NCBI GenBank assembly: GCA_013265495.1
Contig: MU058451.1
Location: 948,584 to 1,012,583, forward strand
Length of the DNA stretch: 64,000 nucleotides
Direction of reading: 5' to 3'
From: Vicugna vicugna
Lineage: Eukaryota
Shown here: one piece after another, positions 27,486 to 40,100 of the stretch
Position numbering within the stretch: position 1 is the first letter of the stretch
How the letters are laid out: every line of letters starts with the position of its first letter
The notes under the pieces: model-generated
Seen by the model: only the letters and a program-made list of their open reading frames with translations
Database searches by the model: none
Told to the model about the DNA's origin: nothing
Made by a program: the position numbers and the translations under genes

Positions 27486-27837
27486 TCGCAGTAGGTCATG
27501 AGTGGGAAAGGGTGGACCCCGAGAATCACATTTCCATGATCAACCCTTTGATGCTACTTGATTTTTGAAAAACATTAATGTTTATCACCATTAAATATTT
27601 AAATTCGAGGTGATGTTATTTATTTTTCATATTCATATGTCAACACATTAGTTATAATTATAGTCAAGAATTTTATTTAAATATTTATAGCTATGCATCA
27701 AAAAAGCTATTTATATCTTGAAAATTGACTATCTGTACAGCTAAATAAAATCTCTCTTTCATGCACTTTGGGAGTTATGTATTTTATAGTAAAATTTTAA
27801 AGCAAATATGAATAAAACAAAGTTCATGCCACAATCA

Positions 27838-28161
<324 letters not shown>

Positions 28162-28575
28162 CTACCAAAGCAAATCACACAAAAAATAATCTGTCAGAAT
28201 ACTGCTGCTTACTCCTACATTTCAGAGTATAACCTCAATTACGTCTGTGTTTCTGTCCTCTCTGCATTCGCAGAGGGACCCACAAACACCCACTGACTGA
28301 AGGACTCAGACTTGCAAGCAAATTTTATGTAAGAGCAGAGCCAATCTTCATATTTCTCCTATTCCATGGTGTATTACTTGGTAAAATTAAACCAATCTGA
28401 AAATCAAACCACTCACCATATAAAATTGCTAGAGATTTTTTTCAAGAGAAAAAAATATATATATTAGAAGGCTTAAGAAAGCTCTCACAGTGTAATATAA
28501 ATGGATCTTTTTATGTAAGAAAATCATCTGTTACAATTTTTATAATTTCAGAAGTTAAATTGCTTTTAAAATTAC

Positions 28576-28658
28576 CTGTTGTGAACTGTTAAATCCAGAG
28601 GAATTTGTAAGTGAATTATTTCCCGTATATAAGCCTGATGATGTTGTAAAACTGCTAC
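28576..28658 (-). CDS. EYA1: EYA1 coding exon (~exon 8), 83 nt: (G)[27 protein letters not shown]
   Basis: Manual translation; acceptor TTTTGCTCTAG, donor GTAATT; phase 1 to 0 fits both neighbours. Confidence 0.96.
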
Positions 28659-29559
28659 CTAGAGCAAAATAAAAAGAAATATGGTTGACTAAGCTACGTA
28701 GAGTGATGTGTCTATGGGAGATTAGTATTCAGATAAAGCAGTTGCAGGTTACTGCAAATGCATTTGGTTTATTTTCCAAACCAGAATCCACTGCCATGGC
28801 TAAAGTGTTGTTTTCTTAAAATGGTTGACAATTTTAGGTTCACTATAGTACAAAGAATTAAAAAGTGAAGAGGTTTAAATTTCTGAGGATGTGAGGAACT
28901 CAGTTAAATTATGGACAGAATTATATATTCATGCAAAAAATTAGACGTCGAGCTTTCCATTTCAATTTGTAAGACACACCAGTATTTTTCACATCTTTAC
29001 ATTAAATGTGCTTATTGTAAAGTAATGGGATCAGTTTAGATGATCTTTGAAGTTCCCTCTAGCACAAAAAACAAAATGCTTTCCAAGTCGTACTTGCCAT
29101 TTGAATAACCTGCCGAAAAAGCTGATTATTTCATTTCACAGAGGAATGAATGGAAGCACTTGAAGTATTTGATAAAGATCAGAGAGGAACATGATCTATG
29201 TTTTATGTATTACACGTGCTGTGCAGATAACACTCTATTTGTTAAATGTCTCTGTGTTCAACAATAAACAGCAGGTGCTGGGCAGGATACAAACAAAAGA
29301 ACAAACCTGAGTCTGCTCCTTCAACTGATTTACTATCTTATAATAAGTTAAACTATGCAAAGCAACAATGAGTTATTTTTGATGATCATTTTGGCAACAA
29401 TTTTTGAAGAGATCAGGGAATGGCAAATGTATAAAAAATGGCGTTCATATGTGACAAAATGGGAATTTAAACAGGAGAAGCTGTTGGGCTAGTAGTCATG
29501 ACCAAGAAATTTTAAGTCAAACTATAATAATTCTACCTAATAAAACTGGAAAAGAAAAA

Positions 29560-29990
29560 AAAAGGAAAAAAATTTACATGCCATTTAACCTAGCAATTTT
29601 ATTGCCATGTATTTATTCTAAGGAAAAAAACATGGATTTATCCAATGAGGTACTTAGCAAAGATGTTCGCCAGTGTTGTTTCTAATAACAAAACACAGAA
29701 AGCATCTCCAAGTCCTTATAAGTGTTATTTGGAAAATGGACGACTATGAAGCTGTTAAAAAAGTACCATAATGACCTTGAACAACATGGGGAATTATTTC
29801 ATACTAATTTGTTAAAACAAAAAACACAATGAAAAATGGTTTTTTGGGATCTCATTTGAAATATTTTTAAAAGCATAAAATATTTCTAAAAAGGAGGGGT
29901 GCAATCTATGGTCACATAATGTTCATGGAGCCAATGTACATTTCAAAATTTTCTACTCAGAACCTGTGTTATGTCTGTAAATAGAAAAAA
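29560..29990 (+). mobile_element. Ancient L1 (L1ME-like) 3' fragment
   Basis: CATGCCATTTAACCTAGCAATTTTA...ATTTATTCTAAGGAAA...CAAAGATGTTC...GTGTTGTTT. Confidence 0.6.
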
Positions 29991-30099
29991 CTTTTTTTAA
30001 ACTAAAATTTTATGGCAAATGAGCATTCTAGGCAGTAAATATGTTGGCACCTTAAGGAGGACATCTTCAATGTGAACTACCTAAAGCACAGATGCATTC

Positions 30100-30370
30100 A
30101 GTTACAATGTGGTTGTTAATATGCACTAATTATACACTTGCTACTGAACATTTAAGGACTGGCTTAAGAGTCAGAAAACATAGATTAGAGTTTCCAGTTC
30201 ATTACTTATGATCTGTTTGGACTCTGGACAAATCATCTAACTGCTCTAAGATTTAACTTCCCTGTCTGCAAAAACCCTATTTCATAGCTTCTTAAACAGA
30301 TCAAATGAGGTCATGTTTTGGAAAACACAATGAACAATCCACAGTAACACAAATGTTCAGAACTATTATT
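30100..30370 (+). mobile_element. MIR
   Basis: GAGTCAGAAAACATAGATT...TGGACAAATCATCTAAC...GATCAAATGAG. Confidence 0.55.
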
Positions 30371-30939
30371 GTTTATTCCAGTAAATGTTTCTAAAATTCT
30401 CCACTGTATTTATGTATCTTTTCCCTCTTTTTACTGTCCCAAACCAGACAAATATGACTTCCTCTCTTTGCTTATCTAAAATTCTTTTCCTACTTACTTA
30501 TCAAGCAACTATGAACTTTGAAAACCCTCCAAGGACTTGTTATTTTTATTAAGGGAAAATATTTCCTAAGATAGTTTTAAATTTAGTTATCACAGACTCT
30601 TATTTAAGGTTTCGTCATTTGTAAATTTTAGGAATGTCAGTTGTTCAAAGTTCTCCAAACACCTACCACAGAGAAGCAGAGAGCTCTCACACTCACACCG
30701 CTAATACTTGATCCACCACAAGCATCGCAGCCTCAGTAGACCAGTTTCCCAAATTAACGTTCACTTACACGTGGCAATCACATATCTATTAAACAAGTAT
30801 TAAAACAGGCTCATGGTGATAACTGCATGAGGACAAAAGGATAACTAAGATAGAGGCTTGGACCTCTAGGTCTTATCAGGTTAACATTAGTTTTGTTTTT
30901 TATTTTTTTAAACATTGGACTTCATGGGCATATAAATCA

Positions 30940-31110
30940 CTCTATATATCTGTACATCAATGAACAATTAATATTAACTATACGTAATATAGTTAACATA
31001 TGTTATATATTATTAGTTAATATATTAGTTTCTATTTATATATCTCTATATTAATAAACATTTATATATTAATATTATTTAATATATTCTATATTAATAT
31101 TATATATATC
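30940..31110. repeat. AT-rich low-complexity tract
   Basis: Almost entirely A/T, made of TATA/TAAT variants. Confidence 0.85.
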
Positions 31111-31809
31111 ACAAACATAATGAGCATTTAAAAGATTCCTTGTAAAAAAATATAAATTTATTTTGGATAAGAGTCTGACTATCAATACTTTTTGAAAACT
31201 TTATTCTATACATTTGATAGGAAAAATTACTTTGGATTGTGGCTTGTTATGTTCATTTAAACTCCACATTTTTAGGTTATGACTTGCTCCTTTCATTTAT
31301 ACTATACATTTTGGAACAATAAATACTGACCTCAATACTCCCCATCCACCAAGAAAATGAGTAAGATATAGAAACTATATTTTAAAAAGGGATGTTTTCA
31401 TTCCATAAGTTACTCCCTGGAACAAAGTAGAAAAGACCACGGAAGCTATCTGGGCACATAGAGGCCACTGGGGACTGACCAAGTAAATCACAGTTCAGTA
31501 CTCGAAATGGTACTCAAGTGACTTTCCAGACTTCACGCTACTCCTACGACTGTACATTAGCTGGAATTCAACATAAGTTATACTCATTTACTGGCTGACT
31601 GCAGGCTGAGATTCCATTCCATTCCATATGCTGAAGCAGGAGTTTAACGGCACTCCAGTGGCCCAGGAGACTTAATGCAACTTCCACAAGGATCTAACTT
31701 ACTTCAGGCACAGGGGTACAGACTGCAGAGTTAGGCTCAGGCAATATTCATTTTGAACCCCCAGAATCAGATCTGCAGGGCCGCCCCGGCTGCCTCCACA
31801 CAGGACTTA

Positions 31810-32340
31810 GGCAAAGAGAGCTGCTAACTTCCAGTCTAGGCCACCAGTGCTGAGTTTCCCTAACAGCCTCCCTTCCTGGTTTCCGGCCCGCCTCCTGGCC
31901 CCTCCAGTTCATCCTCCACAAATCCAGTTGAGTACTTTCTCTATGTGCCTATCTGACCTTCTCGCTCCCCTGTTCAATAAGTAACTGTTAGTGGCCCCTG
32001 TGACCCTCAGGATAAAACTCAAACGCCTTTCCAGGGCTTACGTATTAGGCCCTACTTGGTCTGACTTCAGTTTATCTCTTAGATTTCTTTGGTCTCCTCC
32101 CAGTAACCCCAACCCCACCCAGATACACATTCCAGCCTCACAGGCGGTTCTCTTAAGGCTACTCTTTAACCTCTTACCCTCTCCCACTGCATCCCGGCTA
32201 ACTTCTAATCAGCTCCTCAATTCAGCATGGACCAGAAACGCCTTTCCTTAGAAAAACCATCCCTGAATTCCCCTCCTCTCTTTCCTCCTAAGCCTGGGTT
32301 ACTGAATTTCTCTCTGTCTCCCTCTCTAGCTCTGCTATAT
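31810..32340 (+). mobile_element. L2 fragment
   Basis: TAACAGCCTCC, CCCCTCCAGTTCATCCTCCACA, CCTCAGGATAAAACTCAAAC. Confidence 0.6.
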
Positions 32341-32699
32341 GTATATATTACATATATGAACGGTAACAATGGATAACATGCATTGAATGCCTACTGTATG
32401 CTAGGAGTCAGTTTGGTTTTTACATGCTCTATCTATACGCGACAATAACTTGATACTGTAGGGAAACAGAGGATGAGGTTGAGATAACAGAGCTTCCATG
32501 GGGTGGAAGTGAAGCTCAGCACAGCTCTGTCTGGTTTTAGAGTCAACACAATGCTGTCTCATGTGCTTTCACCCTGTTCTTTATTGCTTCATGGGAAGTT
32601 CTGAAATTCACCGAGTTTTCTAAGAGGATGGAAAAACACAGGGGGTGCAAACATAGAATCCAAAAAGGAATGACAAGAACAAAAAATCATACTTAAAAC

Positions 32700-32925
32700 G
32701 CATTGAGTGCTTACTCTGAGCCAGGCCCAAATCAAGTATTTTGCATGTGACGACTCACGAGCTCTTAAAACCACCACCCCACCCCCAAGGCAGGTGCTAT
32801 TCTGTCCCGTTTTACAGATGAAGAAACTGCCCAAGATTATAAGCAGGTGTGGCAGACCTGGGATTCAATACCAGGCCATCTGGCCCCAGAGTCGAAGCTC
32901 TTAATCTCCACGGTATACTGCCTCT
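32700..32925 (-). mobile_element. MIR
   Basis: ATTGAGTGCTTACTCTGAGCCAGGC...CCGTTTTACAGATGAAGAAACTG...GGGATTCAATACCAGG. Confidence 0.8.
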
Positions 32926-34082
32926 CAAAGTCACCAGAGTTCTTTTCCTTTTAATATTTTTTTTACCAACATATTCAACATACAGCTAACTATTTGCTAC
33001 AGAATCAACAGGAGTGATTTTCACCAGTTAAGTGGCACAAATCTGGGCCTCTCCCCAGACACAGGAATCACTGTCTTACTGTGGCAGGAGGGGGAGGATG
33101 TGACCTGAAAATCCACAGGCTTACCAAATACCCGGAGTACCTGATTTCTAGCCACTTTGCTTTAGGACCAATTCAGCAGGTGTTTAAGCAACTGCTTCAA
33201 AAAACTCGTACCAGTATAAGCTTTGTTTTTACACTAAGAAAGGAGTCACACTCACCAAGCATTTACAGAACGGAAGCATCTCAGTGTGTGTTTTGGGGGT
33301 TTGTGGCCCTTGAGCTGGGCTGCATAAAGCTCACAGGGAGAAAGGGTCCCACTTTGATGGCTGATCTGATGCAGATTTGGTACCAGCACTACCAGATGAA
33401 TTTCACGCAAGTTCAGAACACCACGAAGCAAAGGCGACACAGCAATGACAACGCTCCCAAAAAAGCTTCCATGTGTAGCTACTAAACCCACTTCCGATTC
33501 TACACAGGCCCAGGAGAAGAGGCACATTTGTGCAGAAGGCTGCCATGCACCAAGCTTGAATATGGCTGCCACAGGGGAGAAAGGGCGTCAGACATGACCT
33601 GGAAAAACAGACCTCCTTCTTCCATTAGGATCCATCCTCTAAGAGTTTTTGTTTGATTCGTAAGAGTCTCCACTTGCAACTTCAGGTCATAGATTTAGGC
33701 TTAGTATTGAGAATTCATCTATCAAAAGTAATATGGAAGTATTTCCCTTCCTAGACACAAATGACTTTACATGAAAAGTCATCTCTAGATAAAGAGAACA
33801 GAAATTTTCTATGATAAATTGTTTTACACTTTATGTAACATTATATAATGAAAATTCCCCCAAAGTAGAATGAATTTTCATTTAGAATCCATTATTTCTC
33901 CCTCAGGGAATTTGGCAGAAATTGGTTCAAATGAAGCTCCAGTAATACTCAATATTCTTGGTAAAGTTTGGAATTAAGTTACCCTCCAAGTGGGGTGGCA
34001 GTGGGGATACCTTCTTCCCCATTGGTTAAAAGGAAGACATTAGTTAAAAGTTTAAATAGTTTACCATCATGAAAAAAATCGC

Positions 34083-34205
34083 GTCTTTTTTTTTCAGATT
34101 CCACATATAAGTGATATGGATGACTGAAGCATTGTGTTGTCCACCAGAAATTGACACTACATTGTAAACTGACTATACTCCAATAAATTAAAAAAAAAAA
34201 AGGTT
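34083..34205 (+). mobile_element. Tiny 5'-inverted (twin-primed) L1 insertion
   Basis: Inverted segment CTTTTTTTTTCAGATTCCACATATAAGTGATAT joined to a forward 3' end plus A-tail; TSD AAAAAAATCGC (34072-34082) / AAAAAAATCAC (34206-34216). Confidence 0.85.
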
Positions 34206-36460
34206 AAAAAAATCACAGCTCTGCTTCTTTTCTGGCAGGGAGCGGAAACACTAATTTCCGGAACAGAATGCTGGAAAAATCTTTCCCTTTAGAACATCTC
34301 TAAAAGACAAAATTATTGTTTTCATTCTATTGCCTTCTTTTAAAGTTGATAAATTTTATAGTCTGAATGGGAAGGTTACACATGTTATTTTATGGGGGGT
34401 AAAAAAAAACTTCTCAAGTCAGTTCAGGCAACAGCGTTTACTGGCACATCTACCTGGCGCGGCACCGGCACAACGGTCACTCTAGACGGTGCTGTGGACC
34501 AAAAGAAGCTGTGTTATGAGTCTATGCCTGGGAGGAAAAATTAAAAACACACAAACTCATGAAAACGACACGAAGAAACACGGACTCATGCTCCCTACGT
34601 GGGCACCACATGACATGGAGCTGCTCAGTGGATGAAATGAAAACACTTGGTTAGATTGGGAAGGAAAACACACAGAAAAACATCAAGAACAGTATTCTGG
34701 GCAAGACGTGAGGATAAACTCCAAAGGAGAAGATCAGAGAGTGACAGGTTGATAGGGCAGCAGGGGGAGAAACTTAAGGTAGGTGACAGATGTTTCTTGA
34801 TCATTTGTTTAAGAAAAGAATAACAGTTCAGGAAAAGAAATGGCATTCTTTAACGGGAAACCCCCCAAATCTGAATGTTGAACATACCATTATTAGCATA
34901 TTGGGACACAGGAAATGTTACAGTTCTGATTCTCCTTTTCAGGATTGAAGGAGGTGGGGGAAAGCTATTATAAGTGAAAGGCTATGTGTGTTTATACAAC
35001 TGGTCCTGGAGATGTTGGAGAGTTGGGAGTGGAGGTGGTGAGGAGAGAAATACCCCACACCAAGCCACTTCCTAACGCTTCCTGTCCCCCGCTCACCCTA
35101 TCCATTCAGGACAGGTCCCTGCTCCCCTGCTCTCTTGAAAATCCATCTTACTCACCCTTGCTCTTTTTATTTAGTGCTTCCCTCTGTCAGTCCTCATCTC
35201 CCATCTTTTAAGATCTGGCTGAAGTCCCATTGCCTCGATCAGCTTCCCCTGACTATTCCCTTCTGCACTGATTTTACCTTCTGGGAACTAGAGCTCACTA
35301 CAATTTGTTACCACTGTTCTTAGAACAGCACTGAACGAACCCTCATTAGTCTTATTTTCATCCTGACCATAAGTTCCTTAAATCCATGTGTTACATTTAC
35401 TCACCTGTCTCCCATGGAGAAGGAGAAACTGCGTCTGACTCATGCCTTTGAGGGGGGTCATGTGGGCACCAGCGGGAGACAGAACTGGTACCTGAGAATT
35501 TCAATCCAGGGTCCAGTGAAGATACAACTGTCATAAAGACTCAGGTGTAGGAATGGGAGGAACCCTTTCCATGACATTTTTTGGTGGTGGTGGTAGGAGG
35601 CTGTTTGGAAGGGTGATGTGAATGGGCCCAAAAGACATCAGGAAAGAAAAACATCTCTCAACTTCCTTATTTGTTCAGCAATGAAAAGGGCAGTGGGGAA
35701 AGGAAAAATAACCAGAGCATAATTGCTGATTTCTCAGGTTTTTAATCTGAAGGACACATACTTTGCTGGTTTCTTTTAAACTAGATGATGCATAAAGGCT
35801 TAGCTTTAAAAACTAGATTATAATCACTACTTCAGATTGTAATTATAAGAATATTCAATGCAGGACCCATAAGCTCCTTGTGGAAGGATTTAAAATATTT
35901 CTGAATTTCCAGAAGGAAAATCTAGCAGATTTTTAAATCAAATCAAATGAAATCAAATCATTTGAATAGCTCATAAAATCTCACTGCTCTAACTCAGATA
36001 TTGGTAAATCATGGGTCTATGGATAAAAGTAAGGGTCTTGCTTGCATGTGAAAAATTTCAAATTCAGAATGCAGTAACATTCTACATTTTTATAGTACAT
36101 TTATATTTCGGTATTTCCACATTCCATTGTCTCGGGTTATTTGCCACATCAGTAGGTGAGGTAGCTGAAACGGGATCCTTGCCACTTTCCAAAAAGCAGA
36201 GAGAACGGTTGATTTCCTTGTGCAAAGACTCCTTGTGCAAAGACCGTTAGCCTCACTTCTAGGTCAGTTTTCCACCCAACCACACCAAATCCACCCTTTA
36301 GATGTTCCAATTCAGTCATGTCAAAAGTGAGTTATATAATGTGAAACACGGTATTAATTTTTGGCTCCACAAACATTACGGACACACAAGGGCATCTGAG
36401 AAATTTCATAAATAAATCTGGTATCAAACTATCTCATTTCTAAAGGACTACATCATAACT

Positions 36461-36710
36461 TTATTTTTTTATTTATTTTTAATTTTTTATTGAAGTGTAG
36501 TTGATTTACAATGTTAGTTTCAGATGTATAGCAAAGTGATTCAGTTATACATATACATACATATATTTTTTTCTTTTCAGATTCTTTTCCAGTATATGTT
36601 ATTACAAGAAATTGAATACTATTCCTTGTGCTCTACAGTAGGTTCTTATTGTTTATCTATTTTGTATATAGTAATGTTAATCCCCAACCCTAATTCATCC
36701 CAACCTCCTT
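36461..36710 (-). mobile_element. 5'-truncated L1 3' end, sense to EYA1
   Basis: T-rich tail, TTTATTGAAGTGTAGTTGATTTACAATGTT...TTCCTTGTGCTCTACAGTAGG...GTTTATCTATTTTGTATATAGTA. Confidence 0.9.
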
Positions 36711-36747
36711 GTGTTAGTAGTATAGTGGTGAGCATAGCTGCCTTCCA
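36711..36747 (+). pseudogene. 5' half of tRNA-Gly(TCC), retroposed fragment
   Basis: GTGTTAGTAGTATAGTGGTGAGCATAGCTGCCTTCCA versus recalled GCGTTGGTGGTATAGTGGTGAGCATAGCTGCCTTCCA: 34/37, three transitions; anticodon TCC at 36744-36746; no 3' half. Confidence 0.88.
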
Positions 36748-36997
36748 CTGTAACTCTTTCGAGGCTGGTAAACAAGTTTAAAAGTCAATCATATAAAGTG
36801 GCCCAAGGATAGTGTATCAAACGACTGGCTTTCTTTTTGTCCCTGTCAGGAGTTCCTACAGAGAAAGGGTGGTGGTCTCCTCAACCATAACAAACGAGAA
36901 ACAGTCTTGCTAGGAGACCCTGTGTGGGCCACCCGGTTCTATACGTGCTAAGCGACTGTAGTTTAAAAATAAACCAACTCCTCAAAACCTTTATTAA

Positions 36998-37190
36998 TAA
37001 TAGATCAAAGACAAATTTCTTCTGTGTAGCACAGGGAATTATATTCAATATCTTGTAATAACCTTTAATGAAAAAGAATATGAAAATGAATAGATGTACA
37101 TATATGTATGCCTGGGACATTATGCTGTACACCAGAAACTGACACATTGTAACTGACTGTACATCAATAAAATTTAAAGATAAAATAAAA
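36998..37190 (+). mobile_element. Short L1 3' end
   Basis: GTAGCACAGGGAATTATATTCAATATCTTGTAATAACC...GCTGTACACCAGAAACTGACACATTGTAACTGACTGTACATCAATAAAA. Confidence 0.88.
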
Positions 37191-40100
37191 TACTGGCTGA
37201 ATAAATAAACTGAAAAAAAAGGTAAAAATAAATACACCTTCTTCACAATTAAGAAGAACCCAGTCTAGGTTGTTTCATAACATGATTTAAAGTATTAAAT
37301 CAAAGTTCTGTGTGAGACTGAAGCTGGAGAGCACTGCCCAGCTATAACTTCAAAAAACTTCAATTAAAAAAAAAGGGTTACGTGTAGGTCAAAGGTCTAC
37401 TTCACAGAGAACAAGGACTCACATTAAAAACCAGAATCCCAGCCAACGTAAGAATGCTGGAACCTGCTGGGGCCTGTCTGTACTTCCCATGTTTTAGAGC
37501 ATTTTCTAGCACTTACGCGGCAAGCAGGATGCTAACTGTCCCTCGTGTATTTTCACAGAAGTGCATTTGCTTTCCTTCCCTGGCCTCTTTGCCATGGGCT
37601 ATGTCCATCATCGGGCGCGATCTATGTGGCAGAAGTTAGTGCGGCTCCCTGGGGAAAAGCCTCTGAAGGCCAGATGGGCTATTTAAAACCACAGTTTTCC
37701 CCTTTTCTTATAAGGAGTTTAAATGACCAAGTTTTCCTTTTTATCTCAATAATAGTTTGTATATTCCAAAGATAATTTTTAACTAAGGTAATAAACACAG
37801 CAAAGCCTTGACATTTATCTTTCTTGAACTATTTCTATAGATTTTAATAAAAACCAATTTGTTATCAATAATAATATTGGTATTGATCACTGATTAATTA
37901 TTGTGATTACCGGATTTCAAAAGATAGCCATACAATTTTCAACACACGTCATTTGAAATAGCATGAGATGCCAAAAGAACTGAAACAAAATATTACCGTA
38001 AAAAATCAACTGAAGCAAAAAAAAAAATTCTAGAATGCTAAAAAAGCCACAGACTAAAATATAAATATGAGTAGACTGGCAAAGCAATTGAGGAGAAATT
38101 TTGAACATCAATGCAGGCTTCAGTTACAATTCTATCATGTCATTTTATGCCAGCAAGTCCAAATCTCAAAGGTTTTATCACTGCAGATTATTAAAAAGGT
38201 TTAATATAGATTTTCTTAAAATCATATATCTGGAGTTTGATATTTTTCCTTTTGAAAAATACCACTTCTATAGATAATGAAAACACTTTAACAGTGTATT
38301 TTGCTAAGCACTTTGAGGTTCTAAAACACGAATAAACTGAAACACTTCAGCTATATTTGGAAAGCTACAGACAGGCAGCCCAGAGGAAATAAGGGTGGTT
38401 GCCTTCGTAGAGAATTATTGGATCGTTCCCACTTCGTTACGAGCCCCAGATCAGCGAGGTGCCGAGCGCTGAGAGCTGTCACCCCTCCACGTCCCATTGA
38501 CAAACCTCTGCCCTTATTTACTGACTCTCCTCACTGGCTGGAACCCCAATCTCTTTAACAGAACAAACAATGTTATATACGAAGCGAGAGAGAGAATCTG
38601 TGTTATTTTCTTCTCTAAGTGAGAGCAATAAAGCCTAAAGGAAAATAAACAAAGCAGAGTTTCCAGGGCTCTCTGGGTTTCTCTCCTGTGCATCTGTGTC
38701 GTCCCTCCTATCTATCATGGCAAATCCTGACACCGTCTCGCTGAAGAATGACAGGAATGTCCCCACCATCCCAATAAAACACTCAGAAGAGCCTTCTGTA
38801 CAAAGATGGCGATTCTGTGATGCCTCCAACCAGTTCCGTCTACTATGAACACAAGGGAAGATTGCTTTGAACAAACTACGATAATAAACTAACCAAGACT
38901 TTTATGATGCTCAATTCCAAATTCATTTCCCCAAAATGAAGAGAATTAAAGTCCTTATGAATCTTAATTTCTAACTTTCATCATGACAGAGCCTCTCCAC
39001 TCCTAGCACACATTTGTCTATTTCAGACAGGCTTACAGATAGTGGGGGTGAAAATATGAGAAAAGATGGTCCCTACCTGCAACTGTCGAAAATCAGTAGA
39101 ACTAAGTTATTACAGAAAGCTGGGTTTGCTGCAAAGCTGAGGCATAAACCGTTGAGAGACCAGACTTCATTTTCATTGCTTTTTCTGTGAAAATCTTCTT
39201 TGCATTTCCTCACCTCAAGCAGACTGCTAAGCAAAATGTCATTGTCCTCCTGTGATTCAGCCTCAAAATTATGATCACAGTTTCTCATTTTTTGTGGTTG
39301 AATGGAACTCTAAGTCTATGGTATACGGGATGTGGGGTAAATAAATGGGGACGTGACCAACAGGTTTGGAGCTTGTGTTTTTAAAAAATTGTAAGTAAAA
39401 GCTTGCTTCCAAATCAGATGCTTCTTTTACATAAAAGGAGAATAAAGCTTGCTCATGACAAACTGGGCAGATACTCTGTGAAACTGGTCAGTGAGTCAAA
39501 GGCTGAAGCAGTTTCTTCTAAGTAGTTTTCTTGCCCTTAGTACACGTACACACACACTCACACCCCCCCTTCGTTCTTGTGTCCGTGCTCTTTGATTGAA
39601 AACACTATTTACACGATCTGCACAGTTGACCCAGGGGTCTCCAGGCACCCCTTGTCCATCTACACTCCCCCATTCAGCTAGCTCATTTGCATAAGGTTTG
39701 TCAATGGTGTGTGAAGAAAAATCTCACACCATCTAAAACCTCTTCCAGAAACATGGAGGCTGACTCTGGGGAGCAGGAAGATGTCAAAAACTAACAGCAA
39801 GGATCTCACTTCCTCGGAAGGAACTCTACAGTTCTCTAGGAACAGAGACATTTTGTCTTTCTCTGTTGAACTTAAGTTTCTAATCTTTCACTGGATGTAC
39901 AAATGAGATCCAATTAAAGCACAAAGGGAATTTTCCGGAATCTTGCAGCAAAGGTGAAAGCAATCAGATTTCCCAGTCCCTGAGGTTTCACTCCGTGTGC
40001 TCAGTATTAGTGCACCTAAAACAAAAATCTGATCCTTGTTTGGTTTAAAATGGCATGTGCTGGATTCACGGAAGTCTGCCATGGACCGCAGTGCTGAACA

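Noticed and set aside
33081..33572. Overlapping 134-aa (+) and 106-aa (-) ORFs and a YY1-like AATATGGCTGC
   Set aside because: Non-ATG starts, no recognisable domain, and length plausible by chance; a single short motif is insufficient.
39685..39706. Octamer ATTTGCAT near TCAATG as a SOX-OCT composite
   Set aside because: Spacing does not fit the composite, and isolated octamers occur several times in this AT-rich window.
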